From assembly GCA_041492755.1 (NCBI GenBank), contig JBGPXN010000059.1, positions 1-25,998 on the forward strand: a stretch of 25,998 nt of DNA. Reading direction: 5' to 3'. A model generated the notes under the pieces. That model ran no database searches and was not told the origin of the DNA. It was given only the letters and a program-made list of their open reading frames with translations. A program made the position numbers and the translations under genes. Shown one piece after another: positions 24,441 to 25,998 of the stretch. This DNA is from Candidatus Methylomirabilia bacterium (lineage in GTDB: Bacteria > Methylomirabilota > Methylomirabilia > Rokubacteriales > CSP1-6). Position 1 is the first letter of the stretch; each line of letters begins with the position of its first letter.

Positions 24441-25232
24441 ATGGATCTAGAGCTGAAGGGGAAGGTGGCCATCGTCGGCGGCGCGAGCAAGGGGCTCGGC
24501 CGCGCCTGCGCGGACGCGCTGGCCGAGGAGGGCGCCGCGGTGGTCATGTGCAGCCGCACCCAGGCCGATCTGGAGCGCGCGGCGAAGGAGGTCCGTGACC
24601 GCAGCGGCGCGGACATCCTGGCGCTCGCCGGCGACCTGGACCGGCACGAGACCATCCAGTACCTGATCGCCTCCACCGTCGAGCGCTTCGGGCGGCTCGA
24701 CGTCCTCGTCAACAACTCGGGCGGCCCGCCGCTGGCCCGGGCGGTGAGCGCCACCGAGGAGCAGTGGGCGACGGCGATCCAGCGGTCGCTGCTGTTCTTC
24801 GCACGGATGTCGCGCGAAGCGATCCCGCACCTCCGCAAGCAGGGCGGCGGCCGGATCATCAACATCCTGGCCAGCACGGTCTACCAGCCCATTCCGAACC
24901 TCGCGCTCTCCGGCGCCACCCGCATGGGGGTCGTCGCCTTCGCCAAGAGCCTCGCCGACGAAGTCGGGCGGGATGGCATCCTCGTCAACAACGTCTGCCC
25001 CGGGTCCATCCTGAGCGAGCGCATGCTGTCCAACGTGACGGCGCGGGCGAAGGAGCTGGGCATCCCGGTCGAGGAAGCGCTCGCCCGGCGGGCGGCCGAG
25101 ACCGCGGTGGGACGCATCGGTGAGCCGAAGGAGCTGGCCTCCCTGGTCGCGTTCCTCGCGTCGGGCAAGGCCAGCTACATCACCGGCACCACCATCCTGG
25201 TCGACGGCGGTCTCGTGCGCTCGGTGCTATAG
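24441..25232 (+). CDS. Atypical SDR oxidoreductase (SxxxR in place of YxxxK)
   Basis: GAGGAGG RBS; GGASKGLG, NNSGGPP, LALSGATR, VCPG, VDGG. Confidence 0.9.
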   Translation: MDLELKGKVAIVGGASKGLGRACADALAEEGAAVVMCSRTQADLERAAKEVRDRSGADILALAGDLDRHETIQYLIASTVERFGRLDVLVNNSGGPPLARAVSATEEQWATAIQRSLLFFARMSREAIPHLRKQGGGRIINILASTVYQPIPNLALSGATRMGVVAFAKSLADEVGRDGILVNNVCPGSILSERMLSNVTARAKELGIPVEEALARRAAETAVGRIGEPKELASLVAFLASGKASYITGTTILVDGGLVRSVL

Positions 25233-25294
25233 CCGGCGGCGAGGTCGGTGATGGCGTATCCTCTCGTTCCACCATCAAGAGGGAGGCGGGCTCG

Positions 25295-25998
25295 ATGATG
25301 CAGGTCAAGCGCCTAGGACCGCAGATCGGCGCCGAGATCCACGGGGTCGACGTCAAAAGGCTGGACGACACCGGCTTCGGGGAGATCTATCGCGCGTGGC
25401 TCGACTCCAACGTCCTCGTCGTGCCGGGCCAGGACCTCGAGATCCAGGACTTCCTGCGCTATAGCCGGCGCTTCGGGGTGGTGCACCCGCACCCCTCGAA
25501 GAGCACGCGCCACGCGGACTATCCCGAGATCACCATGCTGGGCGCCAACAAGCTCGGGGCAGACGGCACGCTCGACATGGCGATCTATCGTCGCGGCGCC
25601 GAGGGCTGGCACACCGACGGCGCGTACGATCAGGAGCCGTTCAAGGCGACCCAGCTCTATGCGCTCGCCGTGCCGAGCACCGGCGGCGACACGTTGTTCG
25701 CCAGCATGTACGCGGCGTACGACGCGCTGCCCCAGCGGCTGAAGCAGCGCCTCGACGGCCGCACCGGGGCCTTCACCTACGGCGGCCGCCGGAAGGCGAC
25801 GGCGCTGCTGAATGAGGAGGACCGCGACTGGACGCCGGTCTTCCATCCGATCATCCGCACCCATCCCGAGACCAAGCGCAAGGCGCTCTACTTCGATCCT
25901 GGCCAGATCGTGCGCATCGAGGGTCTGGACGAGCGCGAAAGCGACGAGCTGATCGAGGAGCTGACCGGCTACATGATCCAGCCCGACGGCCAGTACCG
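25295..25998 (+). CDS. TauD/TfdA Fe(II)/2-oxoglutarate dioxygenase; runs off the right edge
   Basis: Not in the ORF track. GGGAGG RBS; MMQVKRLGPQIGAEIHGVDV...WHTDG (HxD)...GGDTLFASMYAAYDALP...HPIIRTHPET. Confidence 0.92.
   Translation, partial: MMQVKRLGPQIGAEIHGVDVKRLDDTGFGEIYRAWLDSNVLVVPGQDLEIQDFLRYSRRFGVVHPHPSKSTRHADYPEITMLGANKLGADGTLDMAIYRRGAEGWHTDGAYDQEPFKATQLYALAVPSTGGDTLFASMYAAYDALPQRLKQRLDGRTGAFTYGGRRKATALLNEEDRDWTPVFHPIIRTHPETKRKALYFDPGQIVRIEGLDERESDELIEELTGYMIQPDGQY

Overview
High-GC bacterial chromosomal window. Its style and a REP-like repeat recall Candidatus Rokubacteria/Methylomirabilota, but that is a recollection I cannot verify here. In order it contains: the 5' part of a BNR/Asp-box protein gene; a DGPF/YciI gene divergent from an ECF42-type sigma factor, with a matching promoter; a sigma70-driven tRNA-His/Arg/Lys operon; RmlD-like and classical SDR genes; a six-gene minus-strand operon (two paralogous SAM methyltransferases, an unknown secreted beta-rich protein, a GNAT, a ~9-TM GAF histidine kinase, a REC-GAF-HK-REC kinase) behind a sigma54 promoter with paired enhancer-like sites; a BON lipoprotein; a liv-type ABC transporter with a fused permease-ATPase; a PAS-3xGAF hybrid kinase; a methyltransferase; an MFS transporter; an atypical SDR; and the start of a TauD dioxygenase. 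The six-gene operon is the best candidate for an undescribed system, possibly signal synthesis plus sensing (inference). The window also holds five gene remnants (SRPBCC, FMN reductase, Fe/Mn SOD, rhodanese, M50 peptidase), most of which keep both ends and lack the middle. No CRISPR array, rRNA, integrase or transposase was seen. Family calls come from motif recognition by eye, not database searches.
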